Of a DNA stretch of 64,000 bases, positions 59,900 to 64,000 are shown in pieces. Origin of the DNA: a virus (Duplodnaviria; Caudoviricetes); IMG/VR virus record IMGVR_UViG_3300032225_001145, positions 60,972 to 124,971 of that record. One strand, given 5' to 3'. Within the stretch, counting starts at the first letter, position 1, and each line of letters begins with the position of its first letter. The notes under the pieces are model-generated. The model was not told where the DNA came from. It saw nothing but the letters and a program-made list of their open reading frames with translations, and searched no databases. The translations under genes were made by a program, and so were the position numbers.

Positions 59900-60318
59900 C
59901 ATTGTAAGGCATCATTAAGACAATGTTTGGTCGAGGTAGCTCGACTCGCAAGGAGGAACGGTGAGATACCCGGTCTGGATGGGCTTGTGTGTCACAGGAT
60001 AGTTGCTAACTTAAGGCATCAAATGGTTTGGGCTCCGTTGAAACAGATACGACCCATGCTTATAGGACTTGGATTTATTATCGGGTTACTAGGGTTCCGT
60101 TGATATGTGAAGCTAGAGTAAGGGGTACCGGTCAACCGCCTCTGCGTCGTAAGACAATCTCTTTATAATAAATGACTGTGCAACTCAGATGAAGTTTGTA
60201 CCAATCATGTTCGCCGTGTATACGGTGAATTGTGACCGATTAATCTAGATGAAGTATCTAAAAACAAAAATATAAGACGAGCTGTTAAGCGAGTCTTAGA
60301 TTAGCGTAGCTAATCTTT
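59900..60318 (+). ncRNA. putative large structured non-coding RNA, family not recognised
   Basis: ~420 nt with no ORF of 60 aa or more, GC above background, about ten hairpins and a long-range helix 60073-60081/60165-60173. Boundaries are approximate. Confidence 0.65.
60298..60318. terminator. hairpin between convergent transcripts, possible terminator
   Basis: AGATTAGC-GTA-GCTAATCT perfect 8-bp stem; only a short T run. Confidence 0.5.
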
Positions 60319-60323
60319 CAATT

Positions 60324-60536
60324 CTAGAAGAAAGGTAAGCCAGACTTCTTAGTTGTTTCTAAATTAGCCGTAACGATTTCGTTGATTATTGTTCTTTCAT
60401 CAAAACTAAGATGCATAGCATCATTGTAACTGATGCCACCGCGCATGTACCAAGAAAGTGTTAGCGCCTCTCTCCTTATTGCGTTTGACTCTTTGCCTAA
60501 TTCATCAATCCACTTGGCAATTTCGTCAGCGGTCAA
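60324..60536 (-). CDS. gp51-like/tail-assembly-chaperone C-terminal segment, probably reached by -1 frameshift
   Basis: TTG start with poor RBS; in the -1 frame of the upstream gene directly after T TTT TTC. Confidence 0.75.
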   Translation of the reverse strand: MTADEIAKWIDELGKESNAIRREALTLSWYMRGGISYNDAMHLSFDERTIINEIVTANLETTKKSGLPFF

Positions 60537-60538
60537 AC

Positions 60539-61384
60539 TTAAGAGGCGTCCCCGAAAAAATCAGTCATATTCAGTGTGAGTGTCTGCTGATACTGATGTT
60601 TACATTCAGAACATTCTAGATCTAATGGTTTCATTTCAGCACTGGATTTAGCTTCTATAATGAAATCTCTAATTTTACCGAACAAAGTTCTTTCACAGTT
60701 ATTTAAAAGCTCTAGGATATATTCAGATTCAGTAACTTGAGCTTGCGGAGTTTTAATAACAGCAATACTTTGAGCCAGGGCTTTAATTGTGATTTCAGTT
60801 ATTTTTTTGATAATTTCTGAATATTTTGTAGCTCTATACTTTTCTATATCATCCCCTTCTTCGGGTAACTGACTTAAAATTCTTTGTTCGTCATATTGTG
60901 ATTTATTATTGTCAGTAAGATTTTTGTAAGTCATTGGTTTAAGATAGATTTCCATATCGCCGTGTCGAATAGGCGTAGAATAATCTGGACTTTTCATACC
61001 ATCCAGCATTACTCGTAAATCAACTAGTCTTTGGTCTTCGTGCGTACATTTTGGGCAAATTGAAGTAAATGGCATTTCGTGGCCATAACTAGCTATTCTT
61101 ATAGCTATTAAAATACTATCTACATCAGTAGCTGGCATGTACCAAGCATTTTTGATACTAGGTAAACAGCTCTGGACTACATTAACAACAGCATCGCCAT
61201 TAAACAAGGCATCAGGTGTGCGATAAGTGATTTCGTCTATAGCAGTCATCGGAAACACTGGAAATTCCTTATTAGGCGTCATTTCCAAGGTTCCGGGCGG
61301 ATAATATTGCCCTTGACTGGGTAAACGGATGTAAATTGACGGTTGTCTAAAAAATTGTTTTAACGGATTGGTAGTTGCATTCAT
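60539..61384 (-). CDS. baseplate hub assembly protein (T4 gp26-like)
   Basis: LPSQG..Y, PMTAIDE, D.D.ILIAIRIASYG, two CxxC pairs, ends DFF. Confidence 0.8.
   Translation of the reverse strand: MNATTNPLKQFFRQPSIYIRLPSQGQYYPPGTLEMTPNKEFPVFPMTAIDEITYRTPDALFNGDAVVNVVQSCLPSIKNAWYMPATDVDSILIAIRIASYGHEMPFTSICPKCTHEDQRLVDLRVMLDGMKSPDYSTPIRHGDMEIYLKPMTYKNLTDNNKSQYDEQRILSQLPEEGDDIEKYRATKYSEIIKKITEITIKALAQSIAVIKTPQAQVTESEYILELLNNCERTLFGKIRDFIIEAKSSAEMKPLDLECSECKHQYQQTLTLNMTDFFGDAS
60554..60560 (-). other. slippery heptamer T TTT TTC (putative programmed -1 frameshift)
   Basis: GAT TTT TTC GGG GAC GCC TCT TAA; the -1 frame reads CGG GGA CGC CTC TTA AGT TTG ACC GCT into the next ORF. Confidence 0.7.
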
Positions 61385-61411
61385 GACATTTCCTTATGTA
61401 TAAATATAATT

Positions 61412-63463
61412 ATGGCAATAAATCTGACCCCCGAAGAAATCCAAGAGAAGATGTCCCAGTTGTTTGAGGACTTTGATAACAAACGGATCACAGCCCAGCA
61501 ATTAAATGCTGGCATGAAAGATTTAAAAGTTGGAATTTTGGGTTTTGGTGACGAGCTAAAAAAATTAAAAAGTGCTCTGGGTTCTAGTGCTACCCAGATA
61601 GCTACTAACATGGCCCAAGGTGCTCAAGGGCAAGCAGCATTTAATGCTGCTATAAGTACTGGCGGTAATGCTGTGGGCGACTTTGCTATGCAATTTGGTC
61701 CAGCAGGGATAGCAATTGGTTTATTCATTAAAGCAATAACATTTGGTATTAGTGAAATCAATAAGATAACTGATGGCTTGTTTAAAGCCAATCAGGATCT
61801 AGCTGGCATAGGTGCCCTTAGTGGCGGCATGATGGAAGTTAAAGATCAAATGCGAAATTTTGGTCTTGGATTAAACGAAGCTGGATTCGCAACATTAAAC
61901 AAAGTATTAGGACAGAATGCAGTTAGCTTGTCTAACATGGCAGGTAGTGCTAATTTAGGTGCTAAACAGTTTGGTCGTGTAGTAGATGAATTAAAACCTT
62001 TGCAAAATTCATTTATTACTATGGGTCTTTCAATTGAGGCTCAAGCTGAAGGTATTGGCGATTATCTTAGTATACAAACAACATTAGGTCAAGCTCAACG
62101 AATGACTACCCAAGAATTAGCAGCAGGTTCTGCTGATTACTTGAAAAATATGTCTACGCTTAGTAAGTTAACTGGAGAAAGTGCAAATGCGTTAAAGAAA
62201 ACACAACAAGATGCGCTAACTATTGAATCATTTTATGCTAAACTAAGAACATTACCTGACACAGAACAAAAAAATCAACTGGCAAGATACGCCGTTCTGA
62301 ACAAAATAGACAAAGATATGGCAGTAGGTTATGCGGGACTAGTATCTGGTCGACTAGGACAAAGTAAACAAGCAAATCAAATTTTTCAAGCTACACACGG
62401 AGTAGCAGCCAGACTAGCCCTCGATAGTAAAATGGCTCTTGGCCAGTTTGTAGTAGAACTGGGCAATGCTACTGGGGGAACAATGAGATTACAGCAAGGC
62501 CTAGCGTTATCTAGTAACAGTTCAAACACGTTTGGTCGTATTCAATCTAATGTAGCTTTAATGGAGTTGGGTCGCAATAAAAAAGCTCTCGATGCTGCTA
62601 TTCATGCTGCTAACGCCACAGAAGCAAACGCAGCCGGAATGGATCCTTTGACAAAAGGTCAAGCTGATTTTTTACAACAGCAAAATGCCGTGCGCGATGA
62701 ATTTCAGGATATGGCATTCAAATGGCTACCAGAAGTTAACGCTGGATTTCAAGGACTTTATAAAATCATACACAGGATACTACATCCTTTTACCAGCTAC
62801 GAAGAAAGTTTAAAGCAAGCTAATCAACGAGCTCAAGACAGAAAAGATTTAGCTAGTGCTGGTCCTATATCAGGAAGCGTAGAACAAGTATTAGCCACTA
62901 TAAAAAAACGCGAGTCAAGTGGTGGCAATTATAATGCTCAAGCTAGAACTGGTAGCGCATCGGGTGCTTATCAATTTATCGATAGCACATGGCAAAGTCT
63001 CACTAAGAAATATGGAATGGGCACTCAGTATGCCAAAGCCAAATTAGCTCCAAAAGAAATACAAGATCAGATAGCAGCCAAATATGTACAAGAAATCTTA
63101 GACAAAAATGGCGGAGATATTAGTAAAGTTCCGTTAGTATGGTATACAGGTAATGCTCAAGGGCAAATGTCTCCCCAACAGTTGGCAGCCAACAGCGGTT
63201 TAAGAGCAGAAACTTATCAAGCCAAATGGATGAATGAATTTAAAAAAACTAGCAGCAGTAGCGGATATAATGGAACTTCAGTAACCGGTGCTTCATCACA
63301 AATAAAAGGAGATTTGGACGACAACAGCCCAGTTAAAACAAGCGCAAACAAGTCTACTAGTGGTATGTCATACGATCAACAGATACTAGCACAACAAAAA
63401 CAAACAAATGATCATTTAGCTCGCATAGCCAAAAGCAACCAACAAATACTGCAGAACAGGTAA
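61412..63463 (+). CDS. tape-measure-like protein with C-terminal lytic transglycosylase/lysozyme-like domain
   Basis: Long A/Q/L/G helical region; RESSGGNY...ASGAYQFIDSTW...QD; TATAAATA 5 nt upstream. Confidence 0.75.
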   Translation: MAINLTPEEIQEKMSQLFEDFDNKRITAQQLNAGMKDLKVGILGFGDELKKLKSALGSSATQIATNMAQGAQGQAAFNAAISTGGNAVGDFAMQFGPAGIAIGLFIKAITFGISEINKITDGLFKANQDLAGIGALSGGMMEVKDQMRNFGLGLNEAGFATLNKVLGQNAVSLSNMAGSANLGAKQFGRVVDELKPLQNSFITMGLSIEAQAEGIGDYLSIQTTLGQAQRMTTQELAAGSADYLKNMSTLSKLTGESANALKKTQQDALTIESFYAKLRTLPDTEQKNQLARYAVLNKIDKDMAVGYAGLVSGRLGQSKQANQIFQATHGVAARLALDSKMALGQFVVELGNATGGTMRLQQGLALSSNSSNTFGRIQSNVALMELGRNKKALDAAIHAANATEANAAGMDPLTKGQADFLQQQNAVRDEFQDMAFKWLPEVNAGFQGLYKIIHRILHPFTSYEESLKQANQRAQDRKDLASAGPISGSVEQVLATIKKRESSGGNYNAQARTGSASGAYQFIDSTWQSLTKKYGMGTQYAKAKLAPKEIQDQIAAKYVQEILDKNGGDISKVPLVWYTGNAQGQMSPQQLAANSGLRAETYQAKWMNEFKKTSSSSGYNGTSVTGASSQIKGDLDDNSPVKTSANKSTSGMSYDQQILAQQKQTNDHLARIAKSNQQILQNR

Positions 63464-63484
63464 TATAACACTAAATATAACACT

Positions 63485-64000
63485 ATGGCAATTAATAACG
63501 GCAAAAATGGGCGCAACGGTGGCTGGCGTAAGTATTTTAAAGTAGCTGATGTCAATCAGCTGGGACAGTTAAGTCCAATTTCTGGTAAAAATAACTTTGG
63601 TCTTCCTGGATACAACCGCCCTGGGTCAGACTTTGAAAGTGGCACTCGTAATGAGTTTGCTTTTCGCAACTATGCTAGCCGTCTTCCTGAAGTATATTCC
63701 GGACATCCTAATCGTTTAGAGCGTTACAATCAATATGAAAATATGGATTGTGACAGTGAAGTCAATGCCTGCTTAGATATTATCGCTGAGTTTAGTACTC
63801 AAGCTAATTTAGACAATAACACTCCTTTTGATATTGAATTTAATGATCAACCAACCGATCACGAAATTGAAATGGTTAAGAAACAATTAATACAATGGAC
63901 TAAACTTAACAAATTAGATCAGCGTATTTTTAAATTATTCCGAAATACTATTAAGTACGGTGATCAAGTATTTGTTCGTGACCCAGAAACATTTGAAATG
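63485..64000 (+). CDS. gp20: portal protein (T4 gp20-like), runs off the window end
   Basis: Not in the track. MAINNGK...RYNQYENMDCDSEVNACLDIIAEF...FKLFRNTIKYGDQVF matches the gp20-type Y..M....EV..A.D.I and R....DG-like segments. Confidence 0.75.
   Translation, partial: MAINNGKNGRNGGWRKYFKVADVNQLGQLSPISGKNNFGLPGYNRPGSDFESGTRNEFAFRNYASRLPEVYSGHPNRLERYNQYENMDCDSEVNACLDIIAEFSTQANLDNNTPFDIEFNDQPTDHEIEMVKKQLIQWTKLNKLDQRIFKLFRNTIKYGDQVFVRDPETFEM

Noticed and set aside
59900-60318. Group I intron, RNase P RNA or tmRNA as the identity of the structured region
   Set aside because: I could not find the group I P7/R/S core, the RNase P P4 motifs or a tRNA-like TTCGA...CCA end, and no flanking gene is interrupted. 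A covariance-model search is still needed.
1-64000. CRISPR/TIGR-type arrays, DGR, transposons, inteins
   Set aside because: I saw no regularly spaced nucleotide repeats and no reverse transcriptase, transposase, integrase or intein motifs; the repeats found are protein-level.
1-64000. Stop-codon reassignment
   Set aside because: Long genes are intact in the standard code, TAA, TGA and TAG all end genes, and there is no suppressor tRNA in the window.

Overview
This is an AT-rich 64 kb segment of a large, distantly T4-like myophage genome read in the standard genetic code. All protein calls come from motif recognition by eye; no searches were run. (1) 1-9.4 kb: a partial phage RpoZ/omega-like gene, three tRNAs (one with a rare Ser ACT anticodon), a MoxR-like AAA ATPase and a metallopeptidase-VWA gene under consensus sigma70 promoters, and a run of small ORFs sharing a C-terminal F-x-L-K/R-W motif. 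(2) 9.4-25 kb: a dense island of tailoring enzymes: NAD-epimerase, four glycosyltransferase-like proteins, 2OG-Fe(II)-type oxygenases, three PP-loop ATP pyrophosphatases, a fatty-acid desaturase, two GNATs, two radical SAM enzymes and a methyltransferase. (3) 25-55.6 kb: a minus-strand tail/baseplate operon, including a 5277-aa protein and gp6, gp25, gp5 and gp53-like genes. (4) 55.6-64 kb: gp55 late sigma, gp47/gp46, a minimal GIY-YIG protein followed by a ~420-nt highly structured non-coding region, a gp26/gp51-like pair joined by a likely -1 frameshift, a tape-measure-like protein with a lytic transglycosylase domain, and the start of the portal gene. The best candidates for undescribed biology are the GIY-YIG plus large structured RNA locus and the tailoring-enzyme island.
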